A stretch of DNA of 64,000 nucleotides from Plasmodiophora brassicae (GCA_036867785.1 CP145410.1:434001-498000), one strand, 5' to 3'. Positions 26,006 to 39,844 are shown, counted from the stretch's first letter. Translations and numbers: made by a program. The notes: generated from the letters alone by a model not told the origin.

Positions 26006-28880
26006 ATGATGGACGGCGATCGCCATGCGGTCGTCGCTGACAGCATCGAGCAAGCCTTGAGACAGGTCAGCATGGGGCGTGCCGTTCCCGATTCGGCACC
26101 AGGGACACTGAACTCGTGCTTTGTTCTCCCGGCCTAGTACGACGAAGGCACCCCCGATACGTTCGACGTTGCAGGCCTTGAATCGTTACTGGCATCCGCA
26201 TCGGCCATCGTACAGGAGAGAGCGCAATCGCTGACCGACAAAGACATCCTCGATGCCGTCGTTGCCCTGCGCGAGAGCCTGGCAGGCCAGGCCGACATCT
26301 CCGACCTGATCGATCGCTTCCTGGACATCGACATGGCCCTTGATATGGCGGCCTGCTACAGGCCCGATGACCCGTCCAGCACGACGGCCCATGATGCCTG
26401 GAAGGCCCCTCTGCAGGACCTGGAGCAGTTCAAGGACCCTGACGAGGACGACTACTTCGACGATGCACGGCTCCCGTCCCAGGTCGCCTCGTCGCAGACC
26501 ACGAGCGCCACCCTTCCGCTGCCGAAGGACGTCGCCGACTACGATGCCATCCGACAGTACGAGGGGAGGCACCGATGTGCGCACCAGGCGTGCACTTATT
26601 CGTGAGCAGGATCTCGCTGGAATCTCGCCTGGCGATCCAGCGCGCCCTGGACGCCAAGTGGCCTCCTGTGAGGTTCCACAAGAACCCGGCCGCCGAGTGC
26701 GTTGACGTCCTGTCGATTCTCGCTCAGGTGTGGCGCGCCGTGCCACGTGACGCGTTTGCCCGGTCGACTGAGCGTCGTGCGCCCAGGTCGCCCCAGTGCA
26801 GGTCGCCTGGACGCGGTACTGCCTGACGCGGCGCCTGCAAGCGAATTTCCACCGGTTCTCCTGCTCGCACCAGTCGATCGAATCGCTGCGAACCATTCAG
26901 GACAGCATCCTCGGCGGCCTCGACGTCGACCTGCGCGCCTGTCGCGACCTGTTCGCCACGATCGGGTCGACCCGCGCGCTTCTCAACGAACTCTACGTCG
27001 ACGAGTTCATGAAGTTCGCCAAGTCGGCGCAAGAGGCCCATGGCACGTCGTGTGAGTTCCTGCAGGTACACACGAGGCGGCCAGCCGTTCAGCTGCTTCT
27101 GCTGCTGCTCATCTCGCCTCGTCAGATCCTGGTGCGCATCGTCACCCATTTGCTACGCGAACTGGAATCGCGAGCGAACATCCTGGACGGCCCACTCTGC
27201 TCGATCGCGTGCATCCTGCCGAACGCCAAGGCGCTCAGCTCGTCCATCGCCCGTGAGGACCATGGCCATGCGAGATCGCCCCCATCCCAATCTGAAGCTG
27301 TCCCTCAGACCACATCGAGCTACAGTTCGATTCGTGCCTGACGTCGCAGAGCAGCGACCTGGAGAGCAGCGGGCGCCTGGCGTTCATACCGGTGACGATG
27401 GACGACGCCAGCCTGGTCGATCTGCGCCTGTCGGCCAGCGAGTTGCCGCCGGTGCTCTCGATCGCCACGTCGATGGTGTGCGACGCCCTGCAGAAGATGA
27501 TCCCGTTGCTGGCCGTGGATCTCGGCGACACGTACCATAGGACCTGCATCGAGGCGCTATCCCGGTCGGTTCGCGGCTTCGTCGTCAACGCCGAAAGCAT
27601 CGTCCAGAGGTCCCCTCGCGACCTCTGCATCGCCAATATCTGTACGGGTTGCCCCAATCGACGCCCGCCTGCCTCTGACGGGCCGATCAGTTGTCGTCAT
27701 CAGCTCGATAACGTACATGCACGCGGTCGCTCGCCACCTGGCAGGCGTTATCGACGACGAAGGCGCCGCCTCGATGGGCCAGACAAGGACGGAGGAGGCC
27801 ACGTAGCGGAGGGCACACACGTTTGGTCGTCCTGTCTGTGCTGACATCCGAACGGGCAGGTCGAACGTCGCCTCGCTGTACTCGATGTTCTCGGCGTCCG
27901 CCCTGAAGTGCTCCCAGGTGGCCATCACGACCTGCGTCCGAATGTGCACCGACTGCATCTTCATCAGCCTGGAACAGGTTCGTCGGCGCCGGCATGGGGC
28001 GCTCTCCTCTGACCGGGCGTTGCTGCGACCGCAGCTGGACTGGGAGAAGCGCAGGACGCACGAGTTCGCGGTGCACTCGGTGTCGGGTGCCCTGCTAACC
28101 TGGAACCTGTTCCTCCGCGGCCTGCACTACGACCTGTGCCGGTTCTGCTCCCCAGTCGTCGCGACCACCATGTTCGCCATCGTCGTGTCCAAGACGTCCG
28201 CCTGTTTGCTGTCCCGATATGCCGCCGTCCGGCCGACTCGCTGCCGATCGCATCAGCACCAGGTAGCCTCGTTGCAGCGGACCCCCTCCCCTGCATCTGA
28301 CCCGACATTGCAGGTCGACCTCGCGTTCATTATTCTCGTCATCCGTTCGCTAACGAGGACGGTCGAAGCGTTCCCGGTCCCCGACACGATGCGCGCCAGG
28401 TCGTCGTCCAGGGACACCGATCCGTTGTCGACATCGCTGGCCAGGCTGCATGCCACCGCCGTGGACATGCTCCTCTGCCTCGTCGTGCACAGCGCTCCGG
28501 CCGATGTCATCGTTGGTGCTCTTGACAGAGTGGCAGCCAGGTCGGCCGGCGCTGCGCCTGACGATCCGACAACGCCGACGTCGATTGGGAAGCTGTGGGT
28601 CCCACCAATGTGCATCATCGACGAGTCGTTCGACGCCCCGGACCAGATGGTGACCGTCGGGAACACCGTCACGACCGTCACGGCGATCGATGAGGTCCTC
28701 GCGCAGCTCGAGTACGATCCCGTTGTCAAGTGGTGCTGCCGGGAGACGAACATCGACCTGCTCCGGCAATGTGCACAGAATCGTCCCGATCTGCGCGACG
28801 ACGATTACCCGCCGTTGACGCCCGACGAGCAGCGGCTGTCCGCCCGGCTTCAGGACGCCATAAAGTCCATACAATCGTGA
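26006..28880 (+). CDS. KIAA0825 (DUF4495)-like protein; many exons
   Basis: WNLFLRGLHYDL...LLSRYAAVRPTRCRSHQHQ|VDLAFII resembles, from memory, the animal KIAA0825 segment containing LHYDLW...LLASRY...PS. The start is uncertain. Confidence 0.6.
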
Positions 28881-29286
28881 ACGAACAGTTGGGGCGCCCT
28901 GGACGCTCCTCGTCGGTTGACCAGCTCTGATGGTCAACGTTGCCGGACAGAGCCTGACTGAGAGCGTTCGCCTGCGATGCCTGTGGCGACCTGCCCGAAC
29001 TCGTAACGGAAGGGCGTCGGCCGATTTGCCCTGGCAGGATTCCTCACTGGCTCCTCAGCGGGTGCGTTCAGATGCCCTGCAATCTCGAAATGGCCCAGGG
29101 ACACGCCGCATCGCGACTGAGTACCCGCCTGGACGGTGCAATGACAATCGCGCCCACACAAACAAGAACGCGATGCTTTAGGCGTCTGGCTTAGAAGCAT
29201 GCTGTGGATGAACGAGGTACGCCGTTCGACCTGTGCCATTGGTGAAGCGCCTAATAGTTTAGGAGGGCGCTCGATTGCATTGGGTG

Positions 29287-32200
29287 ATGACGTCGCCCAC
29301 AGAGAGTGCGCCCAAGCCACGACGTCGATCGCTGCACGAGATGGAGCAGGCGAAGAACGCGAAGAAGGAGGAGCACACACGGTTCGTCGAGTCGTTGCTG
29401 GTCGAGATGGACGGCAACAAGAAGAAGATGATCAGGGACACGTTGAAGACGCAGGTGAAGGTCGCTGGCATGCCGCAGCAGCGGCACCCACGTTCCGCCA
29501 GGACGGACAGGAGCGGCAACGGCATCTCGCCGACCGAATCGAAACCGCTCTCCGTCACCAGCGTTCGTTGCTCGACGTTTCGCCAAGGGACGCGCGAGCG
29601 CGCCGCTGACGAGTTCGGCTGCCTAGGTCTTCAACCACTACTGCCGGGGGTACCTGCCGCCCGGGCAGACGTTCGCCTACATTGAGAAGAAGTCGCAGGT
29701 CATGGACCTGAAGCACTTCAACGACTTCCTCAGGGATTTCGGCCTGCACCCCGGCTGTTTCGAGAGTCGCGAAGAGGTAAACGAGACCTGCCGCTCGTCG
29801 TGATACGCCGCTCAGGCAATGATCGGCGTGCCTACTCGGCAATTAGGTGAACATCCTGTTCCGCAAGCTGAACCTGATGAGCAAGAAGCACGAGAGCCGC
29901 GTGGAACTGTCCAGGGCACAGTTCGAGGTCTTCATCCAGGGCGTCCTGAGCTTCAAGGCCCCCTCGCACCAGCGCGGCATGAGCAGCGAGGACGCGTTGA
30001 ACACGTGGCGCCGGCACAAACTGTCGGGCGACCAGTCGCACTGGATGAACCTTCAGACGTTAACCGAGGAACCCCTGGAACCGATGGACACGAGTAGGCA
30101 GCGGCCTAGTTTGCCACTCTCCACAGCAAACGCGTTGACACTCTGTGCAAACCAGTTACCGAAGCCGACGACGCCGGCAAGGTCGCCGACGACGTGCTCG
30201 ATGTCGCAGAGGACGACCCGCCGTCCGACGTTGTCGAGTCGCTGGGCGACCTGCAGGCCATCGATGACGTCGAGCAGCAGACGTGGACGACCAAGTCGGA
30301 CAAGGTGGCTGATCGCCCTGGGCTGGGGGCTCTGGGCTGATCGTGTTTGTGTGGTGGGGCAGGTCGTAGAACTGTCCCAGAAGGTGTCGATCCTGGCCAT
30401 GCAGCTCGACCAGCGCAACGACCTGCTTCGCGAGATGCACCTGCTGCATATGCTGTACGTGCCGGATGCCAGGGCGCCCGACCCGGCCCTGGCGCGGCAC
30501 CCGGCCGAGGACATCGTCAGCGGGTCCTGTGAAGCGGCCGCTCTGGAGCAGGCGCTCGATCGCGAACGCGCCGAATTGCAATCGTGCATGGACTGGGCCC
30601 GTCAAGGCCTGCGCCAGGCCGATGTCGATAAGAACGTGCTGAAACAGGACGTCAGTGAGCTCAAGGGTCGGATCGTTAACGACGATCACGACAAGAAGGA
30701 GCTCTGCCACGATCTCGAGGAGGTCCAGTCTGCGAGATGGCAGGCCACCGACTCCATCGACGATCTTCTCCAGCAGGTGCCGAGCGCGCGTCGTTTCCCC
30801 ATGGGGTGTCGTTTAACGGTGTGACGCCGCGTCCGAACAGTTGCAGGACGCGAGGTTGACGACCAGTCGTTTGCAATCGGACCTGGAGTCGGTAAACGCC
30901 ACGTCGGCGCGAGACATCGCCGAGGGTCGGCACTGTATCGACACGCTGAGGAACACGATCGCCGATCTGAACGCGCGCCTCCACGAGAAGACCAGCGACG
31001 CCGATCGCCTAACTGTGGAACTCCAGCGGGCGCAGGCAGGGTCGAATCGTTTCGAAGCGTGACCCCCGACTGACGGAGGCGTTTCAGGAAGTGGCCGCGA
31101 ACACGGCAGGGGAGCTGGACCGCGCGCTGGCTGACTATACGAAGGTTCGTCACGACCTGGACAGCGCAGAGCGACAGGTCGCCGCCCTGCAGTTCAACCT
31201 GGACAACGAGGTTCGCGAGCACCAGGTCGGTTGGACCACGTTCGACCACCAATCCAGATTGCACCATGCCTATGACACACACACACACGTTCGCAGAACG
31301 TCGCAGACGATCGCGCGCGAATGCTGATCGAGCACGAGGCCGCCCTAGAATCGGCCCGTCAGGAACACGACCTGCTGCAAGAGGTTCGTCGCCAGGCCGC
31401 CAGGTGGCGCTCGAACCTGACTCGTCGAACAGAGGGCCATAGCGAAGGTGCAGCAGGACCTGCACAGGGAATGCGAGCGGTTTCTCCAGAAGCAATCCGA
31501 GTCGGACGACGAAATCGCGCGCCTTCACCATCAGGTGGACGACACGCGTGCTGCGCTCGAGGCGTCCCAAGCGAAGGTTCCCACCACCGCGCGTCGTCAA
31601 TTGTCGTGCAAGGCGTCTGACGACGATTCCGACAAGGTGGCAGCACTGGAGAGCGAACGGGGCACAGCGTTCGAGCGTCTGCGCGCTGCGACGGCGGAAT
31701 CGGCCATTAAGGCGACGGCGCTGGACGCGGCCATGGCCGAGAACGTCGACCTGGTTGCCAAGCTGCGGCAGGCCATTGACGCCAACGCCCAACTCATAGC
31801 GAGCAATCGCAACGACAACCAGAGGCAGTGCGACCTGATGGCCGCCCTGAGGACTGAAATCGACCAGAAACAACAGCTGGCCGCCCAGCTCGGCGACCTG
31901 CGTTCCGATCACGAACGATTAGCGGCGCTGACGGACCAGCTCCAGGGCGACCTGCTGAAGAAGAGCCAGGAGATCAACCGGGTAACGATATACCACCAGT
32001 GCTCGTCGGCCGACGTTGCTCAGTTGGCGATTAGCTAGTGCAAGCGGGCAAGGAGACCCAGCAGACGATGTCGGCCAAGCTTCAGGAGGCCACGATCCGG
32101 TTCGAGGAGGACCTGCAGACTGAGCGCGCCCGCCTGGAACAGGTCGAAGCGTCTCACGCGACGACGGCGACTGGCCTGCACGCCGAGATCACGAACCTAA

Positions 32201-32559
32201 AGGTTGGGTCGCGCGTCCACAGCGCCAACGTCCACACATCTCAGTACGGCCATCAGCGCGAGGAATCGGCGCTGCGGTTCGGCGTGGCCGATCGTGACGC
32301 GACCATCCGCGACCTAACCTGGTCGCTAACAACGTCCACGAACGCGCTCGCTGACTCGGAAGGTCGTCGGGCGCAACTGGAGGCGATGGTCGCCAGTCGC
32401 GACGCCCAGATCGGCGAGCTCCGGTCGACGCTGGCCGCCGAGTCGCTCGCGCGTCAACGACAACGCGACCAGTGCGCCGACGTACGAAGGCAATTGCAAC
32501 AGGCGCACAGCACGATCGCAGGAGCGCTCGACGGGATCAACCTCGCCATCGTCGAGTAA
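29287..32559 (+). CDS. Large coiled-coil protein with EF-hand/p25-like N-terminal region; many exons
   Basis: VFNHYC...MDLKHFNDFLRDFGL...VNILFRKL...LSRAQFEVFI followed by long heptad-rich exons. Confidence 0.65.
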
Positions 32560-32603
32560 AACAGTGAGCACGCTGGAACCTGTATTCGATTTCAGGGCGG
32601 GCA

Positions 32604-35462
32604 TCACGCTTCGGTGCGTTCGTCCCCGGGCGCCGCTGTGGTCTCCTCGTCCCGCGACGTGGAGGCGGAGGACGGGCGCGAGTAGACGGATGACCGGTGA
32701 CCCAGGTCGGCGCCGGCTTCGAACCCGCGGACGATGCAGAACCCTTCGAACTTGATGGGGACGTCGACCTCGAGCAGTCTGCTGATGCCACTGCGCCCGA
32801 CCATCTGGTTCCTGGACAGGTCGATCAGGTGCGGGTTCTTCAGGTCCTGCAGCGCCGACGCCAGCTTGGTGACGCCCTTGGACGACAGCTGGTTGTGCGA
32901 CAGGATGATCTCCTGGACGGGGCGCTGGTTGTCGGCCAGCGCCTGGGCGATCGCGATCACGCCCGCGTCGGTCAGGACGTTCTTGCTCAGGTGCAGCTTG
33001 ACGACGCTCGCGTTCGTACGGATCAGGTCGGCGATGGCCTGGGCGCCTCGATCACCGACACAGTTCTGGGTCAGGTCGATGCAGGGGAACGCGTGCTCCC
33101 AGTTGTACCGCGCCGAGCTCGCCTGAATGCCCTGGCACAGGGCAACGGCGCCCTCGCAGGTGATGCCGTTGCCGGCCAGACGGATGGCGCGGAGACGCGG
33201 GTGGAACGGCAACGCTTCCGCCAGCAGGACGACGCCCTCGTCCTTGATCTTGTTGTCCGCCAGGCAGAGCTCCTGCAGCGACCGGTTCTGCTTCAGGGCG
33301 TCGGCGAGCGCCTGGACGCCCCGCGCCGTGATCAGGTTCCGCGGCAGTTCGATACGACGAATCGTGTTGTTCCGGGACAGGATCTCAGCGACGATCTCGA
33401 CGCACGGGTTCGACAGCGCCACGTTCGACAGGATGATGGTCAGGTTCTTGCGCATGACCAGCGACTCCTTGAAGTGCAGCAGGGCCCGGTGCAGGTCCTG
33501 GACGCGGTCCTGGATGGTCAGGACCGTACGCGACGGGTCGGCCACGAAGTCGACCAGCTCGCGGCAGGAGTTGACGCGCCCGTTCTCCATGTCGCGCAGG
33601 TAGTCGGACAGGGCGATGCGATCGTTGATCTCCTGGACCCACTGGGTGATGTCCTCCTGGAGCTCGCTGGCGAACGACTGCACAGCGATGATCTCGTACG
33701 ACTTCAGGCCCTGCTTGGACGGCTTGGGGATCAGGCGCAGCACGAACTGTGCGTCGGACGGCTCGTCCGGGTCGGCGACGGCGGCGGCGGCCGGCTTCGT
33801 CAGGCGCAGGAAGTCTTCGTCCAGGTCGATCTCGTCGGTCTCGAATTCGATCTTCTGGTAGTTCGACAGCTTGATGGCCGAGCACGACTGCAGGGGCGTG
33901 TCCTTCTTCGCCGAATGGTACAGGACGTCACCGCGGAGCTCGAAGAAGCGCTTCTTCATCTTGGGCTACAGCGGAGATCGTTACAACCAACAGCATGGCA
34001 AGCAGAACGCAGGCGAAAGACGAACCTTCTTGAAGAAGCCCCCACCAATCTTGCGCTTCATGAGCCAGCCCTTGCGGCACGACAGGCTGGCCAGGAAATC
34101 GGCCGTCTTCTTCTGCTCGAGCACCGACGCCTTGAACATGGACTCGAGGTTCTCCTGGACCTCCATGCTTGGCTCGTCACCGAGGCGGCGCAGCTCCAAG
34201 CGCTCCTTCTCTTCGGTCTGAAACTGGTGCTGAACGTCGAGCGCCTCGGTGTGCATCGCGTAGATTTCAGCGTTCAGACGGGCGTTCTCCTCCGACAGCT
34301 CCGTGACCTTGGTGTCGCGCTCCTCAATCGCCGCTTCCAGCTCGGCAATGCGATGGCGAAGAGCGTTCTCCTGTGTCGACAGCACCTCCATCATCTCGTG
34401 CGTCTTCTGGCTGTTCTCCAATAGCCTGTCGTACTTCTCCTTGTACTCCTCGAGCGCGGCACTGTCGCTTGCCAGCTGGTCCTGCAGCATGCGCTCCTTC
34501 TCATTGGCAATCTCAGTGGCCTCTTTCAGCAGCAGGAAGCGCTTGTGCTCTTCCTCCATCTTCTGTCGCAGCTCCTCGACCTCCTTCTCCTTCTTCGCCT
34601 TGACGAGCGCCAGCTGTGCGGCCGCCTCCTCCTGGCGTTTCCTGTTGCCGGCAGCCGCCGACACCAACATGGAAATGTACTGCTCAACAGCGGCCTCGTC
34701 AGGCTTCTGGCCAGCAGCGAAATCCTCGGGCTTCAACATCGATGGGATACCCAGGTGCTCCTCGGCCTTGGCGAACGCCAACGCCAAGTTCTCCTTGGCA
34801 TTGTCCTTGTTCAGCGACGACACCTCGATTGATCCGGGAACAAGACTCTCCACCAAGGCGCAGAACGCGATACCGTCAGCGAAACTCGACCACAGGTTCT
34901 CGACCTGGACCTCTGGCGCCAGCTGCATCAGCGTCTTGGACGCCCACGACAGCAATTGTGCCCGGATCGAGCTCGTCGACGACGTGACGCCCGCTTGAGA
35001 CGACGAATCGTCCGACGATGTGATTCCAGAGAAATCCTGGAGCCCCTGCAGCGTCAGCGTTCGCAGCAACGACCGCAGGACATTCAACGTCGCCTTGACG
35101 TTGCCGGACGCAACAGCGTGGGCATCAATAGACAACAGCGAGACATTGTGCTCGCTGCAGAATTTGAACGCGATGGCGATGTTATCAAGGCAGTGGAATG
35201 CGAGCCGCGGGCGGCCATTGTACGAACCGACGCGCTTATTGAATGCGACTTCACAGAGGACGATCAGTCGGACACCATCCAGGAAATCAGACGAGATGTT
35301 CGTGGCAGGGCAGTTGCGCTTCTTGAGGTACGTGTTGGCCCACGCAATAATGGCGCGGATGTCCTTCTCCAGCCGGGCCTGTTCGCGGGCTTCCTGCAGG
35401 GCCTCGCGATCGCCGGCGCACTCGTCGGCCACGGCCGGGAACGGGCATTCCCCGGACGACAT
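32604..35462 (-). CDS. Tandem calponin-homology + coiled coil + PH + RI-like LRR protein; 2 exons
   Basis: CH1 (IIAWANTYL, DFLDGVRLIVLCE, DNIAIAF), CH2 (LLSWA, SFADGIAFCALV, AEEHLGIPSML), PH (KGWLMKR...KKRFFELRGDVLY...WVQEI) and LRRs (LQELCLADNKIKDEGVVLLAEAL). Confidence 0.88.
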
Positions 35463-36711
35463 GGTCGCGGGCGCGCTCGTATACGATGGTGGTTCGAGTA
35501 GAAGGGGCGCACGATTCCTGGACAGCGCTTTCGCGAAATGACAGGGGCGGCGCGCTTCGCGGCAACCTCAGTCTATTTCCGAACACGCTCAACTCCTATT
35601 TTGGGCAAAATAACCGCGGCCATGCACTCCCGCCGCGTGCGAACGTAGGCCGCCTAAAAATATCCTGGAAGAACGGCAACATAAGGCGATCGGCGAAGCC
35701 ATTGAAGAGCTGCGCTTTGCGTTGGAGAAGTCTGCATGGCCGTGTGTCGAGGACTGAGCGAATGGCATCACGTAGCAAATCCGACGAAAGGCGCGACATC
35801 CCTCGGTGCCTTGGGCGCCACCTGCTCGAATGACTTTGCCGACGATGGGCATCAAAGCTGCGGAACAAGCCTACCCCGTGGTCAGTACCGAGTTTATCGC
35901 GGCACGAACCAGGCCGATTCGTGCCGAGGATGGCGATGGTCAAGGTCACGGTGTGCCTGTATCACCAGTTGAAGCCCGCCATATTCCCGACGAACCAGCG
36001 CGTGTCGGCCAATTACTGGCACGCCCAATAACGTACAGTTCAATCGTGAGCATCAACTAAAGGCGTTCCCTTTCTACCCCTGCTTTATCAATCGTTGCAA
36101 CAGTACGCAATCGTGTCGAGGCGGATGCCCAGGATGCAGATGGGTTCGTTCGATGTAGAAAGGGCTATGCCAGTTGGTACCCGAACGGGACGTGCCGAAT
36201 CGAACGGTGCTGCAGGAGGCCCCGTGCGAGAGCGGCTGCCCCCGCCACGTTTGCCACAGCGATCTTTTTCGGCGGTGTGCGATTTGACAAGCGCCAGCTG
36301 GCGATAGCACTTAAGTGTTGGGACCTCGGATCAATCCAGAACTGCGCTCTGGAAATCGTCCACACCGTGACGGTTGCAGCCGTTCATGAACAGCCCAATG
36401 GCTAACGAACGTCAGGACCCAATCGACTCCCAACGGCCCACCATGCGCGGCGGCGTAAAAGACAGTTAGAGCACGCTCCATCCATGGCGCGCAACTCACG
36501 AATCCACGCTTGCCTGCCCAACAAAGTCACCTCCCCAAGAGCCCTGTTGGACAGACGCAACGACGACATGACAGGCTTCAGGATCCGTTCATCGTCGTAG
36601 GGTACAATAATGAATCCGCAGACTGCGATCACATAGTCACCAGCATACGTATCAGACCACATACTGTTACGGCTGCCTTACTACTATGTCGAGCATCTTT
36701 AAAACGTTATA

Positions 36712-38396
36712 TTACACTTGATCAGGTTCCTGGTTCAGTGATTCGCGGTTGTCGTACGCCCAGAAGCCGTTGACGTCGATGAGGATAGACACAACCGTGT
36801 GGCCGACGCCAGAACGGAGCAGGTCGTCATAGAAGATGCGCTCGGGGTCGCTGGGTCCGACCATGTCGAAGACCTCGTTGATGACGTCCTCGACTCGGAC
36901 GGGTTCTAACCCGAACTCCTTCATCTTGGCAAGCACCGCCTAATTGTTGCACTGTCAGTCCGACGTGATTGATGCGGATGCGGCCCCCCATGTACCCTGA
37001 AGAACAGGTTGATGTTGTACCCTGTCAAGTACCCGACATGGTTGACGTCGAGGATGTTGAAAAAATAGCGAAGGCCTTGAGGCGTGTCCCGTTTCTGCAA
37101 AGCCAACTCCATGTCCAGGAAGGTTTTGTAGTCCTGGGCGACTTCGTCAGTTGAGGGAATGAACAAATGACAGACACGAGGTCACCATCTCGCCGTTGTA
37201 CGTTCTCGATACTTGGAAAACGCGGTCGAAGAACAGCTCCGTGAACGCGCCGTCATTGTACTCATTCAGCTCCTGCTTGCTCAGCATTCCGTTATGGTCC
37301 TTGTCCAATTTCAAGTACAGTGCTACCATCATCCGTCAATCGCAATTGCACGGGATGACGTTGCAACGATACCGTAGACGCTCAATGCCGAGTGGGCCGA
37401 GAACCATGATCGGCCCGACTCGGTACCGGGTGCCGGTGCATGACGAAGGTCGGCAAACTCGCGCATGACAGGGCTACTGACGAGATCACTGATCTTGACC
37501 CTCCCTATTAAGGCCAGGTCAACCGTCAGTTCAACGAACGTAACATAAGCGCCAATGGTTCTAGTGGGACCTTTGCGAAGTGGGTCCAGCACAAATAAGA
37601 TGTACCTGACCGCTGTGAAAACGTAGAATGGATAGAACGGCTCCTCCAGAGTCTGGAGCTGGTATAGGTCCCTGATCTCGTCGAACACGTACCTCTCGAG
37701 ATCCGCCTCCGTCAGGGATCCAGATCCGCTGATGTCCAGCGACGTCAGCGACACCCGAGTGGAATCAGCGCTGACTGCGTTGGGGTGTTAGCAAGGCAGA
37801 CCAGACAGAGGATCTGGTTGGCAGCAATCAACCTTTTCGTACGATGAAATGGTAAAGAGCCCCGCTATTGATGCGGTCATGCGCGTCGCGAGCGAACCGG
37901 CAGAAATTCCTGGCCGTGAAGAACGACCGCGTCTTGGGTGGACACTGGGCCCTGATGGCTGAAAACCCATCGTAGTCAATCTGGGACGCGATTAGTACGA
38001 AACTATTGATGGCATCAGCGGTGGTGGATCGCAGACCCAGTCGCACGGGTCATTGCCAGATGTCACCCTGGTTGAGTATTTCATGAGCAGACTGAACACT
38101 ATGTCGAGTTCGTCGTCGTCAGGTAGACTCGCGTCTGGCGCACCATCAGCGGGGGCGTTATCCGATAGGAAGAGTCGGCGCTGACCTTTCTGGTCGAGGA
38201 ACCGCTGTCGCCCCTCATCGAGCAGGCTGTACATGAGATCGGATTCGTTCGTCTTCTTGAAGAAGAACTTCGGCAGCGCATCCGCGACCGACTTCTCCCT
38301 CTCGTCGTACAACCTCCTGAAGATCGGCATTGGATCCGATTCGACCGTCGGCTCACCATCACGCGCGACGATGCGTTCCAGGACGGCGAGCGCCAT
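36712..38396 (-). CDS. PPP2R3C: PP2A regulatory subunit B''-gamma (PPP2R3C/TON2/FASS); many exons
   Basis: LPKFFFKK, EF-hands LDISGSGSLTEADLE and LDKDHNGMLSKQEL, and C-terminal ILIDVNGFWAYDNRE. Confidence 0.9.
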
Positions 38397-38695
38397 TTCC
38401 GACGATCCTGTCGCCGATGGTCAGGTCCCCTGTGACTCCTGCCGCAACCAACTGGGACGTTCTGCCCCCCCTTCGTCCGGCCATAATGGAACGTAGCGAG
38501 CGAGCGGTGCACTCCGAATCCGTTCTCCTGTTTCCGTGCCGTGTGCTCCAACTTCCAACAGTCCTTATCGGTCATCGGGTCGGGTGCGGATACCCGGCGG
38601 CGACGCACGCGCGGTGCGTCGGGCCCTAATTGGAGATGCTGCCATCGGGCGTGAACCCATAGCTGATGGTGCTGCAGGTGATCGTCATCGTTCTG

Positions 38696-39622
38696 ATGGA
38701 GGTCGCCGAGGGCACAGTGCCGTCGAACGATTTCTACCATCCGGTCAGGTCGTATCACGGGCATGACGTTGGGCACCTGCAGGTTTGTCACAGTGCCCTG
38801 CGTCGTCGTGCGTCGTCGATTGTGTTCCTGGCTGGGGATTCCTCGCTGGATAACAAGTACTGGATAACCGGGCCTGATCGGCACCGTGAAGCGGCTGGCG
38901 CGTATGCTGATGTTCTAGCCCCGCCTGTGCAGGTCGCTGACGTCGCGTACCACCTGACGGCGCATGGGGCCTCCGCTCTGAACTGTGCCGTGGAGGAATC
39001 GGCGCTTGCTGATCGCGAGCGCAAGCTCCTGCCGCAGGACGAGTTCATCCGTGATCATATTGGACCGAACGATGTGCTGGTTGTGTCCGTCGGCGGCAAC
39101 GACATTGCGTTGAAAGCGTCCGCCAGCACGAAGTGGAACATGTGCCTGCTCGTCTACGTGAACTCGCTGGCGGCGTTGTCCGATCCGGTCAAGTCGGCGA
39201 CCTGTCGAGGGATGCCTCATTTCCTGGACATGTTCGGGCGCCGCCTGCAGGCGTATATCGAGAAGCTGACGGCCAAAGCGCGGCCGAAGAAGACCGTCGT
39301 CTGCATGATTTACTACCCGGATGAGAGGCAATCTGGCGGATGGGCGGACGGCGTTCTGAACGTGCTCAAGTACAACACGGAGCCGCAGCGCCTACAGCAC
39401 GCGATCAAGGCCGCCTTTGAGCACGCCGTGTCCAAGATCCGCATTGACGGTACCGATGTAATCCCATTGCCGTTATACGCCGTCCTTGACGGCAAGGACA
39501 CCGACGATTACGTTGCGCGCGTCGAACCAAGTGGTCAGGGTGGCCGAAAGATGGCCGACGCCATTTTCACTGCTGCACGACTCGATCAGTCCTCCACAAC
39601 GAACTCTTCAACTTCGCTTTAA
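38696..39622 (+). CDS. SGNH/GDSL-like hydrolase, intronless
   Basis: Block I FLAGDSSLDN, block III VVSVGGNDI and block V region DYVARVEPSGQGG. An alternative ATG lies at 38666. Confidence 0.8.
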   Translation: MEVAEGTVPSNDFYHPVRSYHGHDVGHLQVCHSALRRRASSIVFLAGDSSLDNKYWITGPDRHREAAGAYADVLAPPVQVADVAYHLTAHGASALNCAVEESALADRERKLLPQDEFIRDHIGPNDVLVVSVGGNDIALKASASTKWNMCLLVYVNSLAALSDPVKSATCRGMPHFLDMFGRRLQAYIEKLTAKARPKKTVVCMIYYPDERQSGGWADGVLNVLKYNTEPQRLQHAIKAAFEHAVSKIRIDGTDVIPLPLYAVLDGKDTDDYVARVEPSGQGGRKMADAIFTAARLDQSSTTNSSTSL

Positions 39623-39844
39623 GTAGGGAACCTACAAATAAAAGTATCGCTCATTAAGCGGTTATTATTGGCCATCAAGCGTGGCAATTGGTAGCGCAAC
39701 CGAGTGGTTCGGGTAATCCGGGGATCGCTGCACGTTTGTCCAGTGCCGCTCAAGCCAGGTGTGAAAGGTCCCCGGAAATAGAGCGGCGGACGCCGTGCGG
39801 CACGCCGAATGCGGGGCTTCTGTTCCAGTTCCACCTGATCGAGA

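Noticed and set aside
30686-31912. 408-aa minus-strand ORF
   Set aside because: Antisense to coiled-coil exons that carry clear splice sites on the + strand.
32697-34424. 575-aa + strand ORF
   Set aside because: Antisense shadow of the GC-rich CH-PH-LRR gene, with no independent motifs.
35760-36700. Possible small spliced gene between the CH-PH-LRR gene and PPP2R3C
   Set aside because: The space and splice-like signals suggest a gene, but strand and frame could not be determined.
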